Counted from the first letter of the stretch, positions 52,200 through 64,000 are shown. The stretch: DNA of 64,000 nt from Lama guanicoe (GCA_013239625.1 MU054187.1:12627325-12691324); one strand, 5' to 3'. The notes: generated by a model not told the origin, from the letters alone. Translations and numbers: made by a program.

Positions 52200-52930
52200 C
52201 TCCTTTTTTGCAAGATAATTCCTATTATCATTTGAGTATTTCCAGAAAAATGTGCACATTTCCACATATATGCATCAGCCTTTTTCCTTTTCACACATAA
52301 GATGTCATATGAAGCACACCGTTCTGCCCTTGTTTTTCTCTACTTCGGTATCTGGGAGCTTTTCCCCCAGTGAGCTATTCAGTTCTCTTACCTGCCCTCC
52401 TAGTATTCCATCATAAAGATATATCACAGTTTAGTTATCCTGTCGTCTATTGGAGGACACTGGGTTGTTTTCAGTTGTAGCTGGTTTGCAGTTTAATTAC
52501 ACTTCAGTGACTGTCCCTGTATGCATGTCTTGGGGAAGTTTTGCAAGTATATCAATAAGGTAAATTCCTAGCACAGGGCTTGCTGAGTCAGGGGTCTTAG
52601 CTTTGACAGTTACTTGATAGATCCTTCTCTACCAATTTATACCAGTTTAACACTTCCACTAAAGGCCACTTCCTATGCCCAGTTGCAGGTACAGGGTATC
52701 CTCCAACTATAAGCATTTTCAAGATTAAAAAATGGCATTGTGTGATTTTTTATTTTTCATAAATGAAGAATGTCTCTTTCTTGTTCTGATTTTATTGTGA
52801 GTGAGGCCAAACAGTTTGTCCTATATTTATTGAGCGTTTGCCTTTTTTTCTTTACTGTAAACTGTATGTTTGTATACTTTGCCCATTTTTCTATTAGATT
52901 ATTTATCTTTTTCTTATTTACTTATGTTAC
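52200..52930 (-). mobile_element. Ancient L1ME-like fragment
   Basis: tagtattccatcata...tattggaggacactgggttgtttt...taaattcctagc...tttgcccatttttctatt. Confidence 0.6.
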
Positions 52931-53590
52931 TTTAAATAAATCAATATGTGGTTTTAAGGGATATATTAAATCATATGTAATTTTAATTACATCTTGGAAT
53001 AAAAACTTTGCTTAGGAGATATAGTAGATAAAAATTGTGTTTGCTAGCTCAGTATCTGTTTCCCCTTCTGAAAACAGCCCCCAGATTTTTCTTTCAGGTA
53101 ACAGCGTGTTTTCACTCCACTCATTTTGGGCTTCTCTGGATCTGAACACATGATCTAGACTTGCTCACCAAATCCCTCCAACCCCCCTGGCCACAGCGCA
53201 GAGACAGAGACCCACATCTGGCCAGTGGGAGCCTTTCCATGACTTTGCCATATTTATTTGAAAAGAAGTGCTCTTTCTCTCATTCCACTGCAGTTGCTGA
53301 GAAGGATAGAAAGGATGCTGTAGGAGAAACAGAACAATGGAACCTTAAGTTAGGAAGCAGAAGAAGGCAAGCATATAATCAATAATCATCTCCTCTAATA
53401 CCTTATAGGTAACGTTGGCTTGATTTTGGAAGTTTGATATGAAAGAAAGACCTGAAGATATGCAAAGGCAAGTGGAAAAAATGCTATTAAGATGATTGAA
53501 ATTGAGAATAATCCTGGGAGATCTGTGAGTGCCAGGCAACAGTTTATTCAAGAAGGGGAAATATGTACTTGTTCTGAGTAACTGCACTAT

Positions 53591-54257
53591 GTAGCAATTC
53601 CACTCTTGGGCATATATCTGGAGAAAACTCTAACTGGAAAAGATACATGCAACCCAGTGTTCCTAGCAGTACTATTTACAATAGCCAAGACATGGAAACA
53701 ACCTAAATGTCCATCCACAGATGAATGGATAAAGGAGATGTGGTGTATAATATATACAATGGAATATATAGTCAACCATAAAAAAGACTGAAATATTGCC
53801 ATCTACAGCAACATGGATGGACCTAGAGAAAATTAAATTAAGTGAAGTAAGTCAGACTGAGAAAGGCAAATATATTATATCATTTATATGTAAAATCTGA
53901 AAAAAAAAATACAAATGATGAAAAAAAAATACAAATGAACTTATTTACAAACTGGAAATAGACTCAACAGACATAGGAAACAAACTATGGTTACCAAAGG
54001 GGAAAAGTATGGGGGAGGAGGGATAAATTGAGAGTTTGGGGTTAACATATACACACTACTATACATAACATAGATAAACAACAAGGACCTACCACATAGT
54101 GCAAGGAACTAGGTTCAACATCTTATAATAACCTATAATGGAAAAGAATCTGAAAAAGAATATATATGTATATGTATAACTGAATCACTTTGTTGTACAC
54201 CTGAAACTAACACAACGTTGTAAATCAACTATATTTCCATAAAAATAAATTTAAAAA
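53591..54257 (+). mobile_element. 5'-truncated L1 (ORF2 end, 3' UTR, A tail)
   Basis: Peptide LFTIAKTWKQPKCPSTDEWIKEMW and terminal aactgaatcactttgttgtacacctgaaactaacac; flanked by ~84-bp direct repeats. Confidence 0.93.
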
Positions 54258-55366
54258 AATAATCCTGGCAGAGCTGTGAATGCCAGGCAAGTTTATTCAA
54301 GAAGGGGAAATGGGTACTTCTTTTGAGTAACTGCACCATTATCTCTATGTTGTGAAATGGCTAAATCTTAACAGAAGGCTGGTTTAATAAATATTAACCT
54401 ACAGTCTAAGGGACAAACTTCCTGTACATGTGATTCAACGTGCAGGAGTCTTTTTTTTTTTTTTTTGGTAGAGTCACACACATTGATAACTACAGAAGTG
54501 TTTGAAATGAAGCATGTCTCTTATTTTCATTCTCTCATTTTTTTTTCTCCCTCCTTTTCTGTATTAATTGGGAATCTGGGATTTCTATTTCACCATATGT
54601 CAGAGGGTGAGGTGCTACCACATTACACATATTTTAATAGCCAGAGTCCAAGATTAAAAACATGTAAAGCCAGGACTTAAGAGCACAATTTCATAACGCT
54701 GCTTGCTTTTGGCTTTGAGCACCAGTTTATGATCATATTCCTTTTGGCAAGCCAGAAGTTTAACTTTCAATAAGAAGAGGTAAGTGGTGAAAATGTGTAA
54801 GATAAACTCATAAAATTAAGCTTCTAAAACAAGAATTAGCTAAGTGAAAAGGCATCAAATCAGCTCAGAATAAGTAAAGCTAGTAATTTATATCCACTTA
54901 AAAATGTTTTTATTTTTTTTTTCAGTGTGATAGTAGCCAGAGTGACAGATCAGCAAAATTCAAACCATATAATAAAACCAGCCACGCTGATTAAAGAGAA
55001 AAGTTTACCCAATGTAGATCAAAATGATCTTCTCTCTTCAGGATAAACTCAGACCAGGACCATATGGGCTAAATTCTGACCAATGAGCCATGGACTGAAT
55101 TAAAAGGGGAGAGCTGCATTGCCTTTTCTCCCTTTGGGATTTGACTGTGAGATGAGGCTGAGGACCAAGACGGTCTTATTGTCTTTTGTAAGTTCATCTA
55201 TTTTGATGGAAGCCATTGTCCCAAATATGCCTTTCTCCTTTTGCATATTTTTTATTGCTATGTATAAAAATGACTGTAGAGTCTGGCATTATTAGGAGTG
55301 AAGCATTTTAAATATGTGAATTTTCTAAGCTACTATAGATCCAAACTTTAACATTTTAATTGTTTT

Positions 55367-55471
55367 ATTTTACTTTATTAGGGAGGAGGTTTAGAGGAGG
55401 TACTGGGGATTGAACCCAGGACCTTGTGCATGCTAACCATGCGCTCTACCACTGAGCTGTACCCTCCCCCC
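55367..55471 (-). mobile_element. tRNA-Ala-derived SINE (vic-1-like) with TSD
   Basis: ggaggtactggggattgaacccaggaccttgtgcatgctaaccatgcgctctaccactgagctgtaccctcccc; TSD acattttaatt(g/a)tttt at 55351-55366 / 55472-55487. Confidence 0.92.
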
Positions 55472-55859
55472 ACATTTTAATTATTTTGAAGAGAACGTTT
55501 TCTAAGGGATATTTTCACTTTCCTGGTATCATTACTAGGACTTATTATTGTTCTTTGTGTCAATATAATTCTGTGTCCACGTAACAGCCCTCAGGTCAGA
55601 CTGTCAACGTTTGCTGGCCAGCCATTGTTGGTGCATCCAAGAGCCACCCTTACTTTTTCTAGTTTAAATCCTCAAATATGAAGTGGTGAATATACCTGTA
55701 AATCAGTTAGGGGACATATTTTTACAGCAAATTTTGGGCCACAATGTGTTAGTATACCACGGAGAGGGTTCCTATGCGGAGCATGTAGTTGAATTAGACG
55801 ACCTAAAAGGGCTTCAGTGACTGGTCCTTCAGGACTTGGTAAGTAGAATTCTTTCCCCT

Positions 55860-56165
55860 TTCCTAGACTAGTTTCCTTCCTCCTTGTTGCCTGGCTACTT
55901 CTTGTTCATTCCTTTGCTCTTAGCTACTTCCTGTGAGGGACCCTCCGTGACTGCTCGGCTAGGTCTCCTTGTGCACTCGTAACACATGGACTGCATGCAT
56001 CGTCACTTAGTGTGTCACATTTTACTGTCATTTCTTGTGTGATGTCTGTGTTTCTTGGTAGAGGCCAAACAGGCTGGCATTGTGCACACTAAGGTTTCCC
56101 TAGAAGAAGCACACAGTGCTCTGAACATAGTAGGTGTTTTACAAATATTTGTTTAATGAATGGTT
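55860..56165 (+). mobile_element. L2 3' fragment
   Basis: gcacacagtgctctgaacatagtaggtg...aaatatttgtttaatgaatg tail. Confidence 0.65.
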
Positions 56166-56964
56166 GAACGCTTTGTCCTTAAGTTGAAGTGACTGTAATC
56201 CCTGCCTCACTGGGCCACATGGCTAGAGTGAAGGCCCTCCAGGGCCCAAGAACAGTCACATTGGCAACGAAATGCTGTGATACCTTTGTCTTCAGAGAAA
56301 GAGTAGCTTATGCTACAAACTTTGGTGTGTAAGAAATGTCACTTTAAATTTTATATGGATGAAATTACTTCTATTTTCTAAGTTTTCTTCCTGCTCTGCT
56401 AGTGGTAGGGCATTTAAAACTCCATCATTATGGAGGCTCGTTTCCTTTTCATGGTTGTACCAAGAATCTGGAGGGCTTATATGGTTGGTACCTGGAGAAG
56501 CGGAGGACCTCTAATCTTCAGTCCACCATTGTTGCCACTGCTATTGTAATCATTCAGACCCATACACACTGCTTCAAAGGTAGGCTTCTTGGCTGTCAGC
56601 AGGTCAAGCGGGACCCAGGGAAATTTCTCTGCCCTCATAGTCATCACCTCTGAAATCCTGTCCCCATCCTGTGGGGTCTGATCATCTCTGCTCTCTTCCT
56701 TGTCCTGTGAAATCTCTCTCTTAATTCTGTTGAAAACATTTGCTTGCTCCCTTCTTTCCTAGCCCAGTCATCTCAAATAGTTCTTGTAAAGAATGATTCA
56801 GTAAAACAAAAGCCAGGAAAGGTGGTGAGCTCTAAGCAGTTTCTGCTCTATTCTGCAATAAAAACTCCTCAAAAGAGAGGGTGCCCAGAGGCCTAGCTAT
56901 TTGCTTAAAATGAGGAAAGGGAAAGAACAAAATATAAATGAATAACAACAAAATTATCCTGTAT

Positions 56965-57335
56965 TATTATGGACTGAATTGTGTCCCAGCAAAATACATA
57001 TGTTGAAGTCCTAACCGCTGCCCCATGTAACCGTATTTGGAGATAGGGTCTTTAGGAGGTAATTAAGGTCATAATGATGGGACCCTAATCCAACATGATT
57101 AATGTCTTTAGAAGAGGAAGGGATATCTGAGCTCTTGCTCTCTCTCCTCTATGTAAGGATACAGCAAGAAGGCAGCTGTCTGCAAACCAGGAAGAAGGCT
57201 CTTACCGGGAACAGAATCTGCTGATACCTTGATCTTGGATTTCCAGCCTCCAAAACGGTGAGAAAGTAAGTTTCTGTTGTTTAAGCCATCCAGTCTGTGG
57301 TGTTTTGTTACTGCAGCTCAAGATGGTGAAGATAA
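56965..57335 (+). mobile_element. MLT1A-like solo LTR
   Basis: tatggactgaattgtgtccc...ttgatcttggatttccagcctccaaaacggtgaga...tttctgttgtttaagcca. Confidence 0.88.
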
Positions 57336-57894
57336 GTACTTCATGTTGACTGCATGTTCCCACCCAACAGAGCTACTGGGATGCCCAGCAGAACCATTCC
57401 ATCCATTAGGCACCTAAGACACACTGCGGAACTTAAACCATGTATTTAAGAGCCTATGCAACCATTGAGAACTGAAAAAATACAGTAATTGGTTCAAAAT
57501 AAGAAAACCACAAAACTGAAATTAGTAACATGTTTAATGAAAGGTCTATAAAATGTAACATCATGCCCTTCATTAATTGCTAAATTTAGAATCCATAACA
57601 ACGTTATTACATGTGAAAATAATTTATAGGTTCGATTCTTCTCATATCACCAAGTATTCACCATGATTTCTGAGAAAGTATATGTAATAGTAAATTGAGT
57701 TATGTATAGAAAATTTTTCAAAAACAAAATTATTTGCTTTTTCAAAGCAAAATGATACTTAATATGGGGATGTGAGAACATTTTAATAGGTTTGATATGG
57801 TATGAGATGAAATCCCTGAATTTCTAAACTCTGCCTGTGCCTCCAGCTCTCTCACTTCCCTTGGCAGTGTCCTGGGACCTCTCTGTTTGAGAAT

Positions 57895-58330
57895 GTGATG
57901 TAATTCTGACACTGACTGCCTGGAATTAGCACAGACTTCTCAGGTTAAGGATGCCCTCCAGCAACACTGCCATCACTTCAGACACCAGCCACCAGCTTTG
58001 GGGCTTTCCAGACCACCTGTACTTCTGACCAGCTGGCTACAAATATGGGGGTTCCCACTCCCCATCTCAAGTTTGGTAATTTGCTAGAATGACTCATAGA
58101 ATTCAGGAAAGTACTATAGTTATGATTACAATGTTATCACCAAGGATACAAAACAAGCCAAATGAAGAGATCCATAGGGTGAGATCTGGGATGGTCCTAA
58201 ACATGAAGCTTCTGTGTCTTTAGTATGCATTACCCTCCTGGCACACCAGTGTATATCACCAACCAGGAAACTCACCTGAACTTCAGGTGTCCAGAGTTTC
58301 CGCTGGAGTTTCATTATGTTTACATGTGGT
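57895..58330 (-). mobile_element. MER21-like ERV LTR fragment
   Basis: aattctgacactgactgcctggaattagcacagac...acttctgaccagctggctacaaat...ctagaatgactcatagaattcaggaaag. Confidence 0.75.
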
Positions 58331-58539
58331 TTTTCTGGCATGGCCAGATCCCAAAACTCAGTAATGGTCCAATAGTAGAAGTGCTTATTGACCAATCTCC
58401 ATTTAATTATCTGGATTACTGGAAGCTTGCCATTATCTCTACAAATAAGTAACACTCACTGATGCTTCTGATACACTGAAAGCTAACTGTAGGTAACATG
58501 CTTTTTCCTGGTACTCCTGGGTACATCTACTCCCATTGG

Positions 58540-59100
58540 GTGATTTACATGTTTTCCTGGAGTTGGCTGAGTTTATCTGAAATTTCTGCATGCCAGTCAT
58601 ATTGGTATTGCCATTAAGTTATTTAATTGAATATTATGTTAACGTTTTAAATGGGAGTGCTAAAACCAAGTTGAATACTTTAAAAAAGCTTGATAAAGGT
58701 GTTTGCTAAAAGAAATTGCTGTTAAATTAGGTGTAAGACAACTGTAAAAGACTCAAAATAAATGACAAAATTCTAAAGTTTTTCTGCCCTCAGATTGCTT
58801 TGAAAAGGTCCTTAATTTTCTAATTTAAAGAAATTGAAATGGAAAATCATAGACAATGTATTCATGCATTGTAGATGTGGTTATATAAGAAAGAAGATTT
58901 GGAATTCTAATCAAGGCCCATTCTCACAGAGAAACCATTAGTCCAACAATGACAAAAAATACAAATTTGTGTAGATTTATGTATTTTTAAGAAAATAATA
59001 TAAAATTATGTTTTATGAATGTGGTAATTTTTTATGATTGTATGCTTTAGTTAGCTTTTTCTATTTACTAACCAACTACTATGAAATGAGACATGTTGTC
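58540..59100 (+). mobile_element. Ancient TcMar-Tigger element (Tigger12-like) with decayed CENP-B-type HTH coding remnant
   Basis: aaaaccaagttgaatactttaaaaaagcttgataaaggt...gaaattgctgttaaattaggtgta gives KTKLNTLKKLDKG / EIAVKLGV across a frameshift. Confidence 0.65.
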
Positions 59101-60654
59101 TAAATAATCTTGGTGATCTGTCAGTTTAACATTCTGGGATTTTAAATACTGCTTAAGCGGAAATGACTTTTACAGTGCTCAGATTGAATAGCCTTTGTGG
59201 GGATCTGCTTAAGCAGGTGAGACCTAAGTGACGTCACCATAGTGAGCTTTTGATGGCATCTAATTTCCTATTATCATAAAAAAGACTGAAATGGACAATC
59301 CTTGTACATTGTATTTGAACAATGATTCTGACACTTTTGAGAAGTTCTCTATTTTGAAGGTGTGAACATAACCTCTAAGGATGAGCCACAGAGAAATCAT
59401 TGTCTCTTTTCCTTTCTCTCCTCTGCCTCTTCCCCCGTTTTTTCTTTCTAAATTACTTTCCTGTAGAGAATTGAAGACAAAGATACAAGGACAAATCTGG
59501 TAAGAATTTTATTTTTTAGGTTATCATTTTATACCTTTGCTGAGTACACTGTGACATCATGCACAAATATTATTTTAAGAAAGCTAATAAAAATGATTCA
59601 AAATAATCTATAATTCTTCTTCCCAAGTAGACATTTTATTAAGCTGAAGCTAATTTTATAGTCATATTAATGTTGAAGCCTAGTAAATAGAGTAGAAATC
59701 AAAAGATTAGAGGGAAACTAATTAATATGGGAGAAATTCCATTTGTCAAGTAACAGACAAAATTCATTACAGACCAAGTAATAATACAAGTCACAATAGA
59801 ATTCTTATGTTTTGCAAAGGTTATGGAAAAGTGAACTTATGTTAAATAATTAATATAGGGAGGCTATATGGAAAAAATAGTGATTTTTGGGGTTAATAAA
59901 ATTAGAATGAAATGCTTGTTCTGCCATTTACTCCCATCTAAGCTTGAAGAACTCAACCTTTCTTTGTCTTGGTTTTCTCATCCATAAAAAAGGAACAAAA
60001 ACACCAACCTTGCAGGGCACTAAACGGTGAATTATAAATCTTGTTTCTCCACTGTATATTGTGGAATTGGAGACATGCTCTACTGAAAACTTTTCCACTC
60101 TATTAAAGTGTTCAAAATCTCATATATGTTAGGGGAAAAAATACATATGTTTTTCCTGTCCAGAGCAAGGGGCATCCTTAAAGACTGTATGAACCTGGCC
60201 AGCAGTGAATCAACTTCTCTCTTGTAAGAATTCAAACTGGGAGCCATAGGTTTGTAGACAGTAGGCTTTTGAATGAAAGGGGACAAAGAGGTTAGCCACC
60301 TTGTTGGGTCAAGTGGAAGCTAATTATCATGCAGAGAAAGATGAACTATAGATAAAGGAGTTATGTAAGATACTGAGATGACTCCATTCTGAATATTGTT
60401 TTAAACACTTCCTTACATTAGCCCTGCTTACAGATAATGAAATCAAGGAAACTGAGTTAATAAGAGGTAGACCTAACTTCAGGCAGTCTCAGTTGGAGTC
60501 TAAACTCTAAACCATTCTATTCCATCATCACCAATAGCATGTAGATGAGGCACGGGAAGAGGAGCCTTGATTCTAGTCCAGTGCCTGTGAGACCCTGCTG
60601 GGCACAGAGCTCCTCTTACAGATTTCTTTGGTGCTTGTTGTCCAAGAGCACAAG

Positions 60655-60690
60655 TTTATGATAAGAAAGTGATTTATGATAAGAAAGTGA
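60655..60690. repeat. Perfect 18-bp tandem duplication
   Basis: tttatgataagaaagtga x2. Confidence 0.95.
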
Positions 60691-61271
60691 TCCTTATTTT
60701 TCCTTAAGATTTTTTTTCCCCTTGATGGTCACCAGTTTTGGAATTTGGGGAAAATAAGGAAGAGTACAGACTACCCAGAAGAGCAGTAGAGCTGCCTAAG
60801 AGCAATTCTGTTGGGTCTCACACAGGGAACAATTCCAGGTAGGTTGGGGGAACCCACCCAGAAGTGCGTAGGGCCCAGTAAGGCAGCCTGTGGGGAGTGT
60901 TGCTTAACTGGCCTGTCCTTGGCACCAGAATCTTGCCTGCAAGCAAGAGTCTGAAATCATTGGATCTGGATATTTTAATAAAATGACATCTAGAGGGGTT
61001 TTACATTTTGCTTTTATTAAGACAACAAAGGATAAGAAGAAAATAAATTTATGCTATGAAATGGAGAATTATATGCTATTTAAAGACAATATACAGCAAT
61101 GTATTGCAAACTGTGTTCTGAAGAAAACTTATTTAGGGAGATACTTATTGAAACCAGGCTTCTTGGTTTAAGTAAATTGAGGAAACACTGGGTTAAAGTT
61201 AAGCATTTCTCTTTAGTCAGGCCTTTGCTATGTTACTGTGAATCCTGAAGCTCCAAGGCGACCACAGTATA

Positions 61272-61786
61272 CTTTCCTTTTCTCCACACCCTCTCCAGCA
61301 TTTATCGTTTATGGACTTTTGAATGCTGGCCTGGTGTGAGGTGATATCTCATTGTAGTTTTGATTTGCATTTCTTTGATAATTAGTGATATTGAGCATTT
61401 TTTTTATGTGCCTATAGGTCATTCGTATTTCTTTATTGAAAAATTGCTTCTTTAGGTCTTCTGCCCATTTTTGGATTGGGTTCTTTGCTTTTTTCTTGTT
61501 AAGTTGTGTGAGCTGTTTATATATTCCAGGGATTAAACCTTTGTCAGTCTCATCGTTTGGAAATATTTTGTCCCATTCTATAGGTTGTCTTTTTGTTTTG
61601 CTTATGGTTTTCTTTGCTATGGAAAAACATCTAAGTTTAATTAGGTCCCATTTGTTTATTTTTGCTTTTATTTTTATTGCTTGGGTAGACTGCCCTAGGA
61701 GAACATGGCTGAGATTTATGTTGGATAACGTTTTGCTTATGTTTCCTTCTAAGAGGTTTCTAGCGTCTTGTCTTATGTTTAAGCCC
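61272..61786 (-). mobile_element. Internal L1 ORF2 fragment lacking 3' UTR and tail
   Basis: ORF 61309-61797 contains KAKINKWDLIKLRCFS...KRQPIEWDKIF...KNPIQKWAEDL. Confidence 0.92.
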
Positions 61787-62888
61787 TGTAAGAACATACT
61801 GGAGAGATACCAAGGGACCTGCTTAAGGAGTGTGGGTTTCTTCCTGTGGGCAAAAGAGTTCCTTTAAGATGTTTGACCAAGTGATATATTATTCAAGGCT
61901 GGGCTTTAGGAAGATTAAGATGAGGATGGTATATTTGGCTGGATTGCTACAGAAGAGTGAGTGAAAGAGTTAGAACAGGCATTTTGGGGGTCATAATTGC
62001 CATTTCAAAAATAAATATAGGGCAAATCCATTAATAACTACTGCAATGGTTATAGTAAAAATGATCAGGGTGTTTTGCCTTAGTATCAATTTCTTAATAT
62101 CTAGGAGTGGGCATGGGCAGGGGGTGTGGTAGGATGATGTGGGCTATCATGAAAATGGGGACAGTCTCCCTTTATAGAGTCTTAGGTCTGCTCTGCTTCC
62201 TCTGTCTTGGCCATTTACCATTTCTCCATCTACTTTTGGTCTTTATATTGTGGTACAGATTTCTCTTATTTGCTATGTTACTTGGCTGTGATTTTTAAAA
62301 GGAGAAAGGATGGAAATACCTTTTGGCCACCATCTTGAACAACACAATCCCTGGGATAGGCAGCTGGAACATTACCTCAGTAAGTAGTTATAACCACTCT
62401 CTGAAGCAAGGATTACCCCTTACTATAGATGAGAAAATTGAGTAGGAATATACAGCTGATCAGAGGTGGAAGGAAAATCCAAACCCAAGTCTATTTGACT
62501 CTAGGCTTGCTGCTTTAGGGTCATGGGACTGTATGTACATTTCTATTATATCTGTTCGAAACTCTTCAGTGGCTTACCACTTCTCTCCAAGGATAAACCA
62601 GATCATTGCAATGCACTGCAAGGCCTTACATGATCTGCCACTTCCTCCCATTACTCTTTGATCTAATATCTTACCACTCCCTCTCATCTTCCTCCACTTT
62701 TACGTTGGCCTCTTTGTAATTCCTTATGCCAACCAGTCAGGCTCCCACCTTTGGGCCTTTGCACTAGCCTTTCCTGCACTGTGGAACACCCTTACCCATA
62801 AATACTGCTTTGTGATGACCTCACCTCCTTTAGGTCTGTACTCAAATCTTCATCTTTATATTTGGGACTGTCCTGATAATTCTATTTA

Positions 62889-63068
62889 TTTATATTTATT
62901 TATTTAGGGGGAGGTAATTAAGTTAATCTATTTATTTACTTTTAGAGGAGGTACTGGGAATTGAACCGAGGACCTCATGCATGCTAAGCATGCGCTCTAC
63001 CTTTTAGCACCCTGTAAGAAAGGGAAACATACACACAGAGAGAAAGGGAGTTATATCCTCCCTCCTCC
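62889..63068 (-). mobile_element. tRNA-Ala-derived SINE (long-tail form) with internal insertion, nested in L2
   Basis: ggaggtactgggaattgaaccgaggacctcatgcatgctaagcatgcgctctacc; TSD cctgataat(t/c)ctattta at 62872-62888 / 63069-63085. Confidence 0.9.
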
Positions 63069-64000
63069 CCTGATAATCCTATTTAAATCGCAGCCTACCT
63101 CCCCACTCCCTCATTCCCAAACCCTCTTGCTCTGCTCTATTTTTTTCACAGCACTAATCATCATCTTCTGTACTATAGTTTACTTTTTTTAAAAAAATTA
63201 TGTTTATCATGTGTTTCTCCTGAGTAGAATGGAGGCACAGTTTTTGTCCTTTGTTGATTGTCCACTGAAAATGTCAAGCATTAGAAAATAGCATCTAGAA
63301 ACCTAGCAAACATGCAAAAAAACCATTGAATGAATTATTTTTCCTACTTTTGTATCTCCCATAGTTCATTTGAAAAATACTTGGAGTGCGATAAAAGTCA
63401 TGTCACAGCTAGAATGTCTCTTCACACATTCTCCTGGGAAGACATTAAAGAATGTACAAGCTGTGGAAATAGGCTGGATTTCTTCATTTCAGATGTAAAA
63501 TGAAGATATGAGGTATATGAGCTACCAGTTAGTCAGATATTCTTTGTTACAAGTTCAAGAAAAATGATTAAGACCTGAAAGTTTGATATCTATATTATTT
63601 TAATTAGTTGAGCAGATTTTAATTGCCTGGTAGTTTTTAATGACTCAGTGTTATGCACTGCTTTTATGTACAGTGATTTCAATGGGAAGACAAAGTAGAG
63701 TTGTCTCCAGCATCAGAAACAAAACTTAAATTGAATACAATGTCACAGCATTCCAGAGTTCTACCTTTGAACGTGTGCACTAAAGAATGGGGGCTGGTTG
63801 GGGTTGTTGCTAAAAGAAGAATTTACAAAATATACTTTAGGTGATTTGGTGAGCTAGAATCTCCACCCCCCTCCCTGGCCTCCAACCATTGAATCCCTGT
63901 GAAGAGCCTACGTTACCTGTAACTGAGCTACTTTCAATAAAAAATTGCTAGATTAAACAATGGTCAGCAAAGCCAAGATGCTGCCTTCATTGAAGTAACA

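Noticed and set aside
55397..55471. Functional tRNA-Ala gene (also 11722-11800 and 62946-63068)
   Set aside because: Copies have A-rich tails, TSDs and mutations, so they are SINEs.
61784..63019. Shared 11-mer ccctgtaagaa at the L1 edge and in the SINE insert
   Set aside because: An 11-bp match is expected by chance in 64 kb and does not extend.
1..64000. CRISPR array, operon or other prokaryotic system
   Set aside because: No repeat-spacer array or dense coding; sequence is mammalian throughout.

Overview
AT-rich, CpG-depleted mammalian genomic DNA with one assembly gap (N 4184-4394). Three tRNA-Ala(AGC)-derived SINEs and cetartiodactyl-type L1 3' ends suggest a camelid (inference). I find no recognisable protein-coding gene. 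The only protein-like ORFs are decayed L1 ORF2 fragments, and there is also a degraded Tigger-type transposase remnant. Much of the window is interspersed repeat (L1, L2, MIR, MaLR/ERVL LTRs, hAT and TcMar elements). Families were assigned by eye from remembered consensus sequences, so subfamily names and old-element boundaries are approximate. Most L1s and LTRs lie on the minus strand and a few plus-strand splice-site pairs exist, so the window may be intronic to a plus-strand transcript. I see no convincing novel biological system. The best-supported oddities are retrotransposition products: a SINE-L1 chimera within one TSD pair, an L1 with a ~84-bp flanking duplication, a tailless internal L1 fragment with an 18-bp TSD, and a 5S rRNA retro-fragment. 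Candidate micro-exons and regulatory elements are weaker.
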